Source: Nitrospirota bacterium (lineage in GTDB: Bacteria > Nitrospirota > UBA9217). Taken from it: a DNA stretch of 64,000 bases. The stretch covers positions 2,592,001 through 2,656,000 of the forward strand of contig CAVTRN010000002.1 of NCBI GenBank assembly GCA_963737155.1, written 5' to 3'. The notes under the pieces were generated by a model, which did no database searches, had not been told where the DNA came from, and worked only from the letters and a program-made list of their open reading frames with translations. This document shows, one piece after another, positions 19,882 through 30,943 of the stretch. Made by a program: the position numbers and the translations under genes. The number at the start of each line of letters is the position of its first letter. Positions within the stretch are counted from its first letter, which is position 1.

Positions 19882-20583
19882 CTTTTCCTGCGATGCGGTG
19901 AACGCTTTATCCTCGATTTTAACGGGAATACGTGTCTCCGCATTTCTCAGAAAAACTGTCAAGGCATCTTTTTGCTTTTCCGCAAGATAGGTCTGTCTGA
20001 ACGTGTCCTTATCCTTTTCAAAATCACCGGGCTTCGCTTTTGGGTTTTCCCGTTGATAGGCGGAGCTGAGTTCGGCATCTTCCACCATCACGCTATCCCT
20101 GACAAGCTGCTCCATTTTCTGGCGAAGAATAAAATCTCGCTGATCGGCCTCGAATGCGGCCGGAGTCATGTTGACGCGTTCAAGAATTCTTTCATAGGTT
20201 TGTTTGTCGAACCTGCCGTTCTGTGAGAATCCAGGCATCTTCATGATGTTCGCCTGAAGTTCCCTGTCCGTAACCTGAAGCCCAAGATTTTTTGCTTCGT
20301 CGACGAAGATCTGGTTAACAATCAATTCCGTGAGAGCCTGGCTTCGCAGACTCTTTTCAACGGAATCATTGAACTTGTCTTTCAGCGCATCCTTGTACGT
20401 ATCGTACAAATTCTGGTAGACACGGTTCACGTCATCATTGGTAATGACGACCCCGCCCACTTTCGCCACCGCTTTTCCTCCCACGGACGACGGATAGATT
20501 CCGAAAAAAAGAAAGGTAACGGTAACCAGTCCGACGATTACCCACATCATCCAGCCCATGTGTTTCCGAATCCATTCAATCAT
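19876..20583 (-). CDS. SurA N-terminal domain protein (PpiD-like periplasmic chaperone)
   Basis: N-terminal membrane anchor, VAKVGG, LGLQVTD and FSQNGRFD. Confidence 0.85.
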   Translation of the reverse strand: MIEWIRKHMGWMMWVIVGLVTVTFLFFGIYPSSVGGKAVAKVGGVVITNDDVNRVYQNLYDTYKDALKDKFNDSVEKSLRSQALTELIVNQIFVDEAKNLGLQVTDRELQANIMKMPGFSQNGRFDKQTYERILERVNMTPAAFEADQRDFILRQKMEQLVRDSVMVEDAELSSAYQRENPKAKPGDFEKDKDTFRQTYLAEKQKDALTVFLRNAETRIPVKIEDKAFTASQEKG

Positions 20584-20636
20584 TGCCTGTCCCCCTACCT
20601 GTATTTTAAAAATTATTTTGGAAATGCCGCATATGC

Positions 20637-22067
20637 TTACGCACTCAGCTTTTTTTTGAGCAAGTGGTTAACCATATCAGGGTTCGCTTTTCCCTTGCTC
20701 GCCTTCATGACCTGGCCGACAAAGAAGCCGAACAGTTTTTCCTTCCCTGATCGGTACTCGGAGGCCTGGACGGGGTTGGCTTTGATCACGTCATCAATGA
20801 TCTTTTCAATCTCGCCCGTATCCGATACTTGCACCAACCCCTGCTCTTTTACGACGGTATCCGCGTCTTTTCCGGTTTTGTACATCTCTTCGAAAACGGT
20901 CTTTGCCATCTTGGTACTGATCACGCTATCGCTTATCAACTTGACCATACCGGCGAGCTTGCCCGGATTGATCGGACAGTCCTCAATTTCCTTATTGTCC
21001 GCGTTCAGCAGCCGCATCAACTCGCCCATCATCCAGTTCGAGACAACTTTGGGATGGCCGGACAATTTTGCTGCTTCTTCGTAATAGGCTGCCATGCTCC
21101 TGCTCTGCGTGAGCATGTCGGCGTCATATTCCGGAAGTCCGTATTCCTTGACAAACCGCTCGCGTTTGGCATCGGGCAGCTCAGGAATGGTCTTACTGAT
21201 GCTCACAATTATGTCCGGAGCAACGACGATCGGGACGAGATCGGGTTCTGGGAAATAACGGTAGTCGTGCGCCTCTTCCTTGCTGCGCATGGAGAAAGTG
21301 GCCCCTTTCGATGAGTCGAACAGTCGGGTCTCCTGTACAACCTTGTTGCCATCATCAAGAACCTGCGCCTGGCGCTTGATCTCATACTCGATCGCTTTCT
21401 GAACATATTTGAAGGAATTCACATTCTTAATTTCCGCCCGTGTGCCGAATTCCTTGGCTCCCACAGGACGAATGGAGACGTTCGCGTCGCACCGGAAATT
21501 CCCCTTTTCCATGTCTGCATCGGAGACTTCGATATATCGCAGGATGGAGCGGAGTTTTTTGAGGTATTCCGATGCTTCCTCGGGTGTGCGGATATCGGGC
21601 TCGGATACAATCTCCATGAGCGGCGTACCAGCACGGTTTAGATCCACGAGGCTCGACCCTGCTTCCGATGTATGAAGGTTTTTTCCCGCATCCTCTTCAA
21701 GATGAATGCGCGTCAGCCTGATCCGTTTGACCGCGCTGTCGACGACGATCTCGACGTAACCGTGTTCGCAAACCGGGAGTTCGTACTGGGAGATCTGGTA
21801 GCCTTTGGGAAGATCGGGGTAAAAATAGTTTTTGCGCGCGAACCGGCTGTAAGGACTGATCGTGCAGTGCGTGGCTAACCCTGTCTTGACAACATATTCC
21901 ACTGCTTTTTTATTCAGCACGGGCAGCACTCCGGGCATGCCGATGCAGATCGGACAGGTTCGCGTGTTCGCGTCATCCCCAAAGCAGGTTTCACACCCGC
22001 AGAAAATTTTAGTCTTCGTCTGGAGTTGGGCATGAACTTCAAGCCCTATGACTGCCTCATATTTCAT
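20637..22067 (-). CDS. gatB: Asp/Glu-tRNA amidotransferase subunit B
   Basis: [26 protein letters not shown] and [10 protein letters not shown]. Confidence 0.99.
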   Translation of the reverse strand: MKYEAVIGLEVHAQLQTKTKIFCGCETCFGDDANTRTCPICIGMPGVLPVLNKKAVEYVVKTGLATHCTISPYSRFARKNYFYPDLPKGYQISQYELPVCEHGYVEIVVDSAVKRIRLTRIHLEEDAGKNLHTSEAGSSLVDLNRAGTPLMEIVSEPDIRTPEEASEYLKKLRSILRYIEVSDADMEKGNFRCDANVSIRPVGAKEFGTRAEIKNVNSFKYVQKAIEYEIKRQAQVLDDGNKVVQETRLFDSSKGATFSMRSKEEAHDYRYFPEPDLVPIVVAPDIIVSISKTIPELPDAKRERFVKEYGLPEYDADMLTQSRSMAAYYEEAAKLSGHPKVVSNWMMGELMRLLNADNKEIEDCPINPGKLAGMVKLISDSVISTKMAKTVFEEMYKTGKDADTVVKEQGLVQVSDTGEIEKIIDDVIKANPVQASEYRSGKEKLFGFFVGQVMKASKGKANPDMVNHLLKKKLSA

Positions 22068-22116
22068 GATTATTCCTCACTGATTTAATATCTTCCGCTG
22101 TCTCTTGCCCCTTCCC

Positions 22117-23577
22117 TTACAGCCTCGCTCTCTTGGTATGCCATTCTGTTGCCTGTTCATAGGCGTAGGCCGCATGGAGGATCATTTCTTCGTCAAAGTG
22201 CTTCCCGAGCAGTTGAAGGCCAATAGGCAGATTCGACTTCGTGAACCCGCAAGGAATAGAGATGCCCGGGATGCCCGCTAGGTTCACGCTGATTGTGAAG
22301 ATATCGAACAGGTACATCTGGAGCGGGTCAGCGGACTTTTCTCCGATTTTAAATGCCGCTGTCGGTGCCGTAGGCGTTGCGATGACGTCCACGGTCTTGA
22401 AAGCCTCGTCGAAATCACGTTTGATTAATGTCCGGACCTGCTGTCCTTTTTTGTAATAAGCATCGTAGTATCCCGCCGAAAGGGCATAGGTACCGAGCAT
22501 TATCCTGCGTTTTACCTCTGGACCGAAGCCCTTGCTGCGTGATTTCATGTACATGTCCAGAAGATCTTTGGCTCCCTCGGCGCGGAACCCGTACTTGACT
22601 CCGTCATAACGGGCGAGATTTGAGCTTGCTTCGGACGTTGCCAGAACATAGTACGTGGCCACGGCATAGTCCGTATGGGGAAGTGAAACTTCAGTCACAA
22701 TGGCGCCAAGTCCTTCAAGAGTTTTCACAGCATCCTTGACCGCCTTTTCCACTTCCGGGTCCATCCCATCGATAAAGTATTCCTTTGGCAGGCCGATTTT
22801 CATGCCTTTTACGTCTTTTTTGAGTCCCCGTGTAAAATCCGGGGCCGTTATTTTTGCCGATGTCGAATCTCTGACGTCGTGGCCCGAGATCACATTCATA
22901 AGCAAAGCGGAATCAGTCACATCCTTGGTAATAGGGCCGATCTGGTCCAGGGACGATGCAAACGCTACAAGCCCGTAGCGAGATACCCTTCCGTACGTTG
23001 GTTTGAGACCGACGACCCCGCAGCATGCCGCAGGCTGCCGGATTGAACCACCCGTATCCGAGCCAAGCGCGGCAATACATTCTCCCGCAGCGACCGCTGC
23101 TGCCGATCCCCCACTCGATCCGCCGGGGATCCGTTCCAGGTCCCAAGGATTTTTCGTAATGAAGAATCCCGAATTTTCCGTCGATGACCCCATGGCAAAT
23201 TCATCCATGTTCGGCTTGCCGCAGAGCACATAGCCCGCTTTCTTGAGTTTAGCAACCACAGTTGCATCATAGGGTGGCACGAAGTTCCCGAGAATGTTCG
23301 ACGCGCAGGTGGTTTTAATACCGTCGGTGCACATATTATCCTTCACGGCAAGCGGGATGCCAAGAAGTGGAGATATGACACCTCCCAACTTGATCCGCTT
23401 GTCCGCCTCCTGAGCCTGCAAACGAGCCTCTTCCGCCGTGACCGTGATGAAGGCATTGACTTTTTCGTCTACCGATTTTATCCTGCTGAGAACCGATTCG
23501 GTGACAGCAAGTGCCGTTGTCTCACCTTTCATGAGCATGTTGTGCAGTTCATGTATCGTCAGCTGATAGTACTCCAT
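22117..23577 (-). CDS. gatA: Asp/Glu-tRNA amidotransferase subunit A
   Basis: Amidase signature [19 protein letters not shown] and NLARYDG. Confidence 0.99.
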   Translation of the reverse strand: MEYYQLTIHELHNMLMKGETTALAVTESVLSRIKSVDEKVNAFITVTAEEARLQAQEADKRIKLGGVISPLLGIPLAVKDNMCTDGIKTTCASNILGNFVPPYDATVVAKLKKAGYVLCGKPNMDEFAMGSSTENSGFFITKNPWDLERIPGGSSGGSAAAVAAGECIAALGSDTGGSIRQPAACCGVVGLKPTYGRVSRYGLVAFASSLDQIGPITKDVTDSALLMNVISGHDVRDSTSAKITAPDFTRGLKKDVKGMKIGLPKEYFIDGMDPEVEKAVKDAVKTLEGLGAIVTEVSLPHTDYAVATYYVLATSEASSNLARYDGVKYGFRAEGAKDLLDMYMKSRSKGFGPEVKRRIMLGTYALSAGYYDAYYKKGQQVRTLIKRDFDEAFKTVDVIATPTAPTAAFKIGEKSADPLQMYLFDIFTISVNLAGIPGISIPCGFTKSNLPIGLQLLGKHFDEEMILHAAYAYEQATEWHTKRARL

Positions 23578-23930
23578 TATTTTCCTCGCATCCTGTTGTT
23601 TTCATCCACAAGGATGATCTTGGGTTTAAAAGTTTGCAGCTCTTCTTCGTTGAAGTACTCGTAACAGAAAACAATGACCTTGTCTCCTTTAACACCTTTT
23701 CTCGCTGTCGGGCCATTCAGCACCATCTCGCCCGCTCCGGTTTTTCCAGGGATTACATAGGTCTCAAAGCGCTCTCCATTATTGAGGTTGGAAACGCTCA
23801 CCTGTTCGTAAGGAAGAATGCCCGCCGCCTCAAGAAGTAGGGGATCGATGGTCAGACTTCCCTCATACTCGAGATTTGAGTCCGTAACGGTTGCACGGTG
23901 GATTTTTGATCGAAGCATCAATCTGAACAT
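23577..23930 (-). CDS. panD: Aspartate 1-decarboxylase
   Basis: KIHRATVT, the YEG|SLTID self-cleavage site and NGERFETY. Confidence 0.97.
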   Translation of the reverse strand: MFRLMLRSKIHRATVTDSNLEYEGSLTIDPLLLEAAGILPYEQVSVSNLNNGERFETYVIPGKTGAGEMVLNGPTARKGVKGDKVIVFCYEYFNEEELQTFKPKIILVDENNRMRGK

Positions 23931-24038
23931 TGCTCTCCTTCAATGACTGCCGGATCAGGGATCAAGTGAGTAATGATAATATTTTCCAGAATTCCAAATT
24001 TCAAATGTTTAACTACTCACGGCCTTGCCGCTTTCCCA

Positions 24039-24326
24039 TTATTCTATTATTTTGGGCACTTTATAGAACCCTGTGACCTTGTCCGGCGCATTTGCCAGGG
24101 CCCGCTCCTGCGGCAGACTTTCCTCGGGAGTATCATCTCGCATAACATTGGTGATGTCCAGAACGTGAGATGTGGGCGCCACGTTCTTTGTATCTAGTTG
24201 ATTCAGCTTTTCAAAATGTGTCAGAATATTGGAAAGCTGATCGGTCAGCATCTCCTTTTCCCGCTCCGACAATTCCAGACGGGCGAGTTTCGCAACATGT
24301 TCAACTTCCTGTCTCGTGATCTTCAT
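24039..24326 (-). CDS. gatC: Asp/Glu-tRNA amidotransferase subunit C
   Basis: VEHVAKLARL...ALANAP...YKVPKII. Confidence 0.97.
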   Translation of the reverse strand: MKITRQEVEHVAKLARLELSEREKEMLTDQLSNILTHFEKLNQLDTKNVAPTSHVLDITNVMRDDTPEESLPQERALANAPDKVTGFYKVPKIIE

Positions 24327-24378
24327 AATTCCTCATCGTCCCTTGTCTACTGCCTGCTGTATACAGTCTGCTCAGCAA

Positions 24379-26601
24379 TTATATTACTTCAAGATTCGCG
24401 TATTTTACAGCTAGCGTCTTTACGCCATAGCCGGGAAAGCTCACACTAATCTTCAACTCGTCCCCCACCCCTTCTGATCGCTGCACCGTGCCGAGGCCGA
24501 ACTTGGCATGCCGCACCACTGCGCCTTTATAGTACCGGCCACCGGAGCCGGATGTTACCGACTGAACAGGTTTTATGAAAATAGTTCCCTTCTGAACTGT
24601 CTCGCATGAACTGTCTTCCCATGATATCCTCTGACCCCGATAATGAGTCTGTGCTGCCTCCATGCCGATAAATTCAATGGCATCACCAGGGACTTCCTGC
24701 ACGAACCGCGACATCAGATTGGCCTGCGGGTAACCGTACAGTCTCCGCTCCATAGCATAGGTCAGGATAAGTTTTTCCTTGGCCCTTGTGATCCCCACAT
24801 AGCAGAGCCGTCGCTCTTCCTCCAGATCCCCCTCGCTTTCCGCGGAACGGGAATGGGGGAACAATCCCTCTTCCATACCCACCATGAAAACCACATCGAA
24901 TTCGAGACCCTTAGCGTTATGTAACGTCATGAGTGTCACAAAATCGTTGTTTCCCCGACCGCTGTCAGCCGCAGTCTGCTGCTCAAGGTCCGTAATGAGC
25001 GCCACCTGGTCCAGGAACGCCGAGAGCAAAGCGTCGCGGTTTTGCTCCTGAAAATCCTCAGTGGCCGTCAGTAGCTCATTCAGATTTTCCATCCTGATTC
25101 GTGACTCAACGGTTTTCTCTTGCTCAAGCGCAGTGATATAGCCGGATTCATAGATCACCCGTTTGACAAGATCGGTTATGGTTGATGTCCCAAGCTCAGT
25201 GCGCATGTGCTCTATCATACCGGTGAATTCACGAAGCTTCCTTTTGGCCGATGGCGTGACGTCGGCATTCTCCGCATTCATCGCGGACTCGTACAGCGTG
25301 ATACCCTCCTGAGCCGCGACACGCTCAAGTTTGTCGACAGTCGTGTCGCCGATTCCGCGGGCTGGGACGTTGATGATCCGGCGGAGGCTGACTATATCCG
25401 CGGGGTTCTGCAAGACCCGCAGATAAGCGATGATATCCTTGATTTCCTTGCGGTCGTAGAATCGCAGACCGCCGAATATCCGGTATGGAATTCCCCAGTT
25501 TCTAAGTGCGTCTTCAAGAGCCCGTGACTGGGCGTTCGTGCGATAGAGTACAGCAAGCTCGTGCAAACTCCGGCCCCCGTCCACTTCTTGCTGAATGGTC
25601 CGGCAGATGAAGCGAGCCTCATCCTTTTCGTCCAACGCCTTATAGCACAGGATCTTGTCTCCGATACGCTTTTGCGTCCAGAGTTCCTTCGGCTTTCGAC
25701 CGAGGTTTCGGGTCACCACGGCCCCAGCTGCGCCTAAGATATTCCCCGTGGAGCGGTAGTTCTGTTCAAGCTTGATGACCCTGGCTTCGGGGTAGTCTTT
25801 TTCGAAATTCAGGATGTTCGTGATGTCCGCTCCGCGAAAACGGTAAATGCTCTGGTCGTCGTCGCCCACAACACAGAGGTTCTTTCGCCCTGCGGTTAAT
25901 AGCCGCACCAAGCGGTACTGGGCATGATTCGTATCCTGGTACTCGTCAATCAGAATATGCTGGAACAGCCCCTGGTAATACCGGAGCACATCTTGCTGAC
26001 GCTCGAAGAGCCTCACTGTAATCATAAGCAGATCGTCGAAATCCAAGCCACCTGCTTCCCTGAGTTTGTCCTGATACAGCGAATAGACTCGACCGACCGC
26101 TTCATCAAACCCGTAATGAGAGCTTGTTTTCTGGAATTGCTCGGCATCCGTCAGATTGTTCTTGAGCACACTGATCCGCGCGTTAATCGCGCGGGGCTGG
26201 TACCGATCCGATTCAATCCGCAAATCAGTCATGCAGGCCCTGATGAGCGACGATCGGTCCGTTTCGTCATAGATCACGAAGGAACGCTTATAACCCAGCG
26301 CCATGATGTGCTGGCGCAGGATCCGGACACAGGAGGAGTGGAACGTGCTGATCCAGAGCCGATTGAGCGGGATATCAAGCAGCCGCTCAACACGCTCCCT
26401 CATTTCATTCGCCGCCTTGTTCGTGAAGGTGACGGCAAGAATGTTGCCTGGCTCGACGCCGCGTTGGCGGATCAGGTGTGCGATCCTGCTCGTAATCACC
26501 CGTGTTTTGCCGCTACCCGCACCAGCCAGTATCAGCAGTGGTCCATCCCCGTGCAGCACAGCCTCCTGTTGAGGCGAATTTAAGTTTTCAAGATAGTTCA
26601 T
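24379..26601 (-). CDS. pcrA: UvrD/PcrA ATP-dependent DNA helicase
   Basis: AGAGSGKT, DEYQD, VGDDDQSIY, QNYRS, EERRLCYVGITRA and a C-terminal Tudor-like domain. Confidence 0.96.
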   Translation of the reverse strand: MNYLENLNSPQQEAVLHGDGPLLILAGAGSGKTRVITSRIAHLIRQRGVEPGNILAVTFTNKAANEMRERVERLLDIPLNRLWISTFHSSCVRILRQHIMALGYKRSFVIYDETDRSSLIRACMTDLRIESDRYQPRAINARISVLKNNLTDAEQFQKTSSHYGFDEAVGRVYSLYQDKLREAGGLDFDDLLMITVRLFERQQDVLRYYQGLFQHILIDEYQDTNHAQYRLVRLLTAGRKNLCVVGDDDQSIYRFRGADITNILNFEKDYPEARVIKLEQNYRSTGNILGAAGAVVTRNLGRKPKELWTQKRIGDKILCYKALDEKDEARFICRTIQQEVDGGRSLHELAVLYRTNAQSRALEDALRNWGIPYRIFGGLRFYDRKEIKDIIAYLRVLQNPADIVSLRRIINVPARGIGDTTVDKLERVAAQEGITLYESAMNAENADVTPSAKRKLREFTGMIEHMRTELGTSTITDLVKRVIYESGYITALEQEKTVESRIRMENLNELLTATEDFQEQNRDALLSAFLDQVALITDLEQQTAADSGRGNNDFVTLMTLHNAKGLEFDVVFMVGMEEGLFPHSRSAESEGDLEEERRLCYVGITRAKEKLILTYAMERRLYGYPQANLMSRFVQEVPGDAIEFIGMEAAQTHYRGQRISWEDSSCETVQKGTIFIKPVQSVTSGSGGRYYKGAVVRHAKFGLGTVQRSEGVGDELKISVSFPGYGVKTLAVKYANLEVI

Positions 26602-27074
26602 GGTAATTCAGGGAGCGCATTGAAATTTTTGTATTTTACAGAACAACCTGGGAAATTGCAAGATGAGTTTTAGCAACCGGGGACCGTTCCCTGCTGCGTT
26701 CCGACGCAGGTAAAAAAGGAATGATTAATGATCTAATCTTGTGCTATAGTAATGTTCATGATAGCCCGAATAACAGCGTTTCTAGCAGTTCTAATGTTGA
26801 TGGCCTCCACAAGCCGTGCCTTCTTCCAGCAACCTCCCTTCAAATCCATCTCTGTTTCACAACGGTGCTTAGTAACCTCAATGTGGCTGCGGAACCGGCA
26901 GGCGAAAGTCTAACCTCATGCTCTATTATATATATAACGGGGTTTTACGGTGCAGAAGGATAATCTAGCAGGGAAAATGATGTTGGTGAAGTCCAGGCGG
27001 AAATTACTACATGGGGAGTAGGAAAATAGCGATGCATTGTTTAGGGAAAAAGCAGGATGACGTGGCGACGAATC

Positions 27075-27317
27075 TCAGCCCTTAGCGGCCTTCAGAAGCT
27101 TTTCGAGTTTCTCGACGCCCACGCATTCCTTGGCAAAAGCGCACCACTCGATACAGGATGTGCCAATTGGACGGGAATTCAGGTGCCCGCACTTCTTGCA
27201 TTGCGTCTCTGGCTCGTCGGTCCATATTTCGACTTTCTCTCCGCACTTCTGGCAGCGGATATCTTCGGGCTTGGGCGTCCGAATCTCTGCACTTCCTGGG
27301 CAACCTTCCTTAAACAT
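27075..27317 (-). CDS. Small Cys-rich (zinc-ribbon/Fe-S) protein
   Basis: CPG, CxxC, CxxC and CxxWCxxxxxC. A GGGAG RBS lies upstream. Confidence 0.75.
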   Translation of the reverse strand: MFKEGCPGSAEIRTPKPEDIRCQKCGEKVEIWTDEPETQCKKCGHLNSRPIGTSCIEWCAFAKECVGVEKLEKLLKAAKG

Positions 27318-27705
27318 GTGGACAGTATACTCCCTGAGAAAAAAAAGATCAATGATTCACATCATATCCAACGCTTTTATTATCCTTCCCCCACTTTCTT
27401 CTCCTGCAAAAAAACCTCGCTAAAACAGCATGATATGGACATCGAAATGTTGGTGATTCCACACCCTGCCATGGTATGCCAACTTGATTATGTGACGAGA
27501 CTCCAGAATCATCTGCCTTCTGGTGATAGCATGTCCGGCGGCCTTTGCGGCGGGAGGGAGTAAATTTGTGAGATGGCGCGTAAACGGCGCCTAGGAAAGA
27601 TACAATTTTCCCCCTCTGCAATGACAAATTGTCTTGAATTTGCTTTAATAGATATCTATAATACGGAACCAAGCTGCCAACTCGTTTCAGGAAGTGGGGT
27701 AGAAT

Positions 27706-28320
27706 ATGGCATTAAAAAAAGGCGCAACGAAGAAAAAAACGGCTAAAAATTCTGTGAAAAGAAAACCTGCGGCAAAAAAAGCAGCAAAAAAAGCTGTCTC
27801 AAGTTTGAAAAAGGCATCAGGGAGAAAAGCGGCCAAAATATCGGTCAAGAAGCAGGCTACGAAAAAAACCTATTCCGCGGCTCCTTCCAAGACAGCGGCG
27901 CCAAAACCTGCCAAGTTGTCCCCGGCTGTGCAGAAGCGCCATGAACTGCTGAAAAAGATCCTTCTGAAAAAGCGGAACGAGGTTGTAGATGGGTTGGAAG
28001 CGCAGATGGGCCGTCGACTTATGCGTGAACCGGGACAAAAAATAGATTCTGCCATGGACAGCGCCGACCAGTCTGTGCTCGATATAGATCAGGGAATCGA
28101 TTCTTCTCTCCTAGAGATGAAATACGAACAGTACAAGGACATCGCAGACGCTTTCCGTAAGCTCCAGAATAATACATTCGGTCTTTGTGAGGAATGCGGC
28201 GAAGAGATCGATATAAAACGGCTTCAGGTCAATCCTCTGGCTCGATACTGCATAAGCTGCAAGACGAAAAAAGAGGAAATGGAACGCATACAGAAAGAGG
28301 AAACACGGTTCAAGGAATAG
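27706..28320 (+). CDS. DksA/TraR C4-zinc-finger transcription factor with Lys/Ala-rich N-terminus
   Basis: Coiled-coil tip DSAD and CEECGEEI...RL...P.ARYCISC. Confidence 0.88.
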   Translation: MALKKGATKKKTAKNSVKRKPAAKKAAKKAVSSLKKASGRKAAKISVKKQATKKTYSAAPSKTAAPKPAKLSPAVQKRHELLKKILLKKRNEVVDGLEAQMGRRLMREPGQKIDSAMDSADQSVLDIDQGIDSSLLEMKYEQYKDIADAFRKLQNNTFGLCEECGEEIDIKRLQVNPLARYCISCKTKKEEMERIQKEETRFKE

Positions 28321-28419
28321 ATAGACCGGCGGGATGACTTTCAACCCGTCCCTGACCCCTGCCATGTTTCCCTTGACAAAAAGGCGGCAATAAAGTATCG
28401 TATGCCTCTAAATTTTCGG

Positions 28420-28495
28420 GGCGGTGTAGCTCAGCTGGTAGAGCAGGGGAATCATAATCCCTGTGTCCGGGGTTCGAGTCCCTGCACCGCCACCA
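28420..28495 (+). tRNA. tRNA-Met (CAT), probably elongator
   Basis: Acceptor GGCGGTG/CACCGCC (paired 1:72, so not initiator), loop ATCATAA, GTTCGAG and CCA. Confidence 0.93.
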
Positions 28496-28761
28496 TTTTT
28501 TCCCTTCCTTCATCTCATCGCAAACCTTCGGTTTGACATCTTCCCCGGCCTTGAAGACCGAGGATTCCCGAATCAGCGCTATTGCTGCTAAAAGTCGCTG
28601 CTGATTCTATTCAGATGCGTCAGGGATGTCTGCCACATCCGCTGTATTTAACATACAAGGCGAAAATCTAACCGTGTGTATCGTGGCCTCTGCGTTTGCA
28701 ACCAATGCGGCGCCGTAAGTAACAGAAGCATGAAGCCAAAATCCTCGGCCTGAAGGCCGCG

Positions 28762-30174
28762 GTGGATGTCAAAGATGAAACAACCATGCTGATCACCAAA
28801 GTAAAAAAAACAATCAAGAAGTACCACCTACTGCGTGCAGGAGACCGAGTGCTGGTTGCCGTGTCGGGCGGTCCGGATTCGGTCTGCCTCCTTAGCGTCC
28901 TACAGATGTTTGCGAAAGAGCTTGACCTTACGTTGCACCTTGCCCACCTCGACCACATGTTCCGGGGCAGGGAATCGGCAAACGATGCACGCTTTGTCAC
29001 CGATCTGGCGCAGAAAACCGGTATACCGGCGACGATAGAACAGGTCGATGTCCCGGCTTTTTGCCTTGAACGTGGGCTTTCAGCCCAGGCAGGTGCTCGC
29101 GAGGTCCGATATGCTTTCCTCGACCGGGTGGCCCGGTCCGTCGAAGCGTCGCGGATCGCCACGGGACATACGGCAACGGACCAGGCCGAAACAATACTGA
29201 TGCGGCTCCTGCGTGGCGCGGGAATTTCGGGTCTTTCTGCAATTCCGCCAAAGCGGGGAAATATAATCCGACCACTGATAGAGTCTACGCGGGAAGAAAT
29301 CCTCGCCTACCTACATGCTGCGTCGCTCCCTTTTGTTTCCGATTCGTCGAACGTGAAACCCATTTATACGCGCAATAAGATTAGGATGGAACTTCTGCCC
29401 TTACTCAAAGGTTTTAACCCCCGCATCGTCGAGACACTTGCTATCGAAGCTGCTCTTATCCGGGACGAAGACGATGCTATGCGATCCTGCTTAGACGACA
29501 AGGCGTCTGATATTTTCGTGCAAGAGAATGATATAGTGGTTATTAAGAGGAACGCATTCAACAACCTGTTTCCCGCTCTCAGGCGCAGAATCCTCAAAAA
29601 AACCGCTGACCTTTGCGGTACGGATTCCTCACGAATATCTATGGTCCAGATTGAGCAGGCATTGCTGTTCATGGCGGAAGCACAAACGGGCAGAACCATG
29701 CACCTTCCCCCCGGTCTAACGATTGTACGGGAATATGACCGGTTTCTTGTTATGACGGCTGCAGAAGCGACGGCCTTCTCCCATTCCCTCGCAATGCCGG
29801 GCCTGACAGCAGTTCCGGAACTAGGAATCGAAATTAAAATCGCCGCGGGAGACACAGAAACGCAGGTTGGAGATATCCAAAATTATCACTGGCAGGCCGC
29901 GTTCGATTATGATAAAATGATCATTCCTTTAACGGTCAGAAGTCGGCGTCCGGGTGATGTCTTCTGCCCAGCCGGCATGGGGGGCAGGCACAAGAAACTG
30001 CAGGACTACCTAGTTGACGAGAAAATTCCCCAGCGTCATCGGGATAGGGTTCCTCTGCTTTGTTCGGGAGACAACATCGTCTGGGTACTGGGTTTTCGAA
30101 CCGATGAACGATTCCTACCCGGTCCGGGTGCCCAACGTGTCATGATAGTTCGCGTAAGGAACGATAACAAATAG
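28762..30174 (+). CDS. tilS: tRNA(Ile)-lysidine synthetase
   Basis: PP-loop SGGPDS, GHTATDQAET, RPL, RNKIR and KKLQDYL. The start may be ATG 28786. Confidence 0.97.
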   Translation: MDVKDETTMLITKVKKTIKKYHLLRAGDRVLVAVSGGPDSVCLLSVLQMFAKELDLTLHLAHLDHMFRGRESANDARFVTDLAQKTGIPATIEQVDVPAFCLERGLSAQAGAREVRYAFLDRVARSVEASRIATGHTATDQAETILMRLLRGAGISGLSAIPPKRGNIIRPLIESTREEILAYLHAASLPFVSDSSNVKPIYTRNKIRMELLPLLKGFNPRIVETLAIEAALIRDEDDAMRSCLDDKASDIFVQENDIVVIKRNAFNNLFPALRRRILKKTADLCGTDSSRISMVQIEQALLFMAEAQTGRTMHLPPGLTIVREYDRFLVMTAAEATAFSHSLAMPGLTAVPELGIEIKIAAGDTETQVGDIQNYHWQAAFDYDKMIIPLTVRSRRPGDVFCPAGMGGRHKKLQDYLVDEKIPQRHRDRVPLLCSGDNIVWVLGFRTDERFLPGPGAQRVMIVRVRNDNK

Positions 30175-30255
30175 GGAAAGCGACTTTATTTTCGGTATTA
30201 AGTCCATACACACCCCGGTCTTCAGTGCTTGCGTTTTTTTTATGGAGGAAATGCA

Positions 30256-30783
30256 ATGGGTATTGATTTTGGTAAACCACTGTTTACGAGTGAAGAAATC
30301 CAGAGAAAGATTCATGAACTCGGCTCGAGGATATCTTCGGACTACGCAGACACGGACCTGCTGGTCGTCGGCGTTCTCAAGGGCGCCATCTTTTTCATGT
30401 CAGATCTGCTTCGATCTCTCAGGATATCCGTCCGGATGGATTTTATTCATTGCACAAGTTCGAAGGGCAGCCATCCCGTTCAAATCATTGCCGATATGAA
30501 AGAGGATATCCGGGGAAAGGACGTCCTCCTCGTTGAAGACATCATGGATTCGGGCGTTACGATCAATCACCTTAAGAAAATGCTCCTCGAGCGTGGTCCG
30601 TCTTCGCTCAGAGTCTGCGTGCTTCTGGACAAATCCGAACGGAGAAAAGTTAAAATCGAAGCTGACTACGCTGGTTTCCGAATCCCCAATAAATACGTCG
30701 TAGGCTACGGTCTCGACTACAAAGACCGCTACCGGAATCTACCTTACATCGCCGTGCTTCCGATGGAGGAGCAGCAAGGGTAA
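30256..30783 (+). CDS. hpt: Hypoxanthine phosphoribosyltransferase
   Basis: VLKGA, VLLVEDIMDSG and VVGYGLDY...RNLP. A GGAGG RBS is present. Confidence 0.96.
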   Translation: MGIDFGKPLFTSEEIQRKIHELGSRISSDYADTDLLVVGVLKGAIFFMSDLLRSLRISVRMDFIHCTSSKGSHPVQIIADMKEDIRGKDVLLVEDIMDSGVTINHLKKMLLERGPSSLRVCVLLDKSERRKVKIEADYAGFRIPNKYVVGYGLDYKDRYRNLPYIAVLPMEEQQG

Positions 30784-30943
30784 GGACATGATAAACTGTT
30801 GTCAGAAGCTGAGGAATGTGTTATTATGATTAGTCTATGAGCTTAGGATCGTAAACTACAACTAGCTAAAATACAGTAGATTTTCGCGTTTCGATCTTCG
30901 CGTTCCCACGTAATCTGGCGATCAAAATTGGAGGATTTAATTC

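Noticed and set aside
27008-27075. GGGGAGTAG as a possible yybP-ykoY riboswitch
   Set aside because: The remaining conserved elements are absent and there is no co-oriented downstream gene.
28420-28495. tRNA-Ile2 (lysidine substrate), suggested by adjacency to tilS
   Set aside because: The acceptor stem GGCGGTG and the ATCATAA loop look like elongator tRNA-Met. It needs tRNAscan-SE isotype models to settle.
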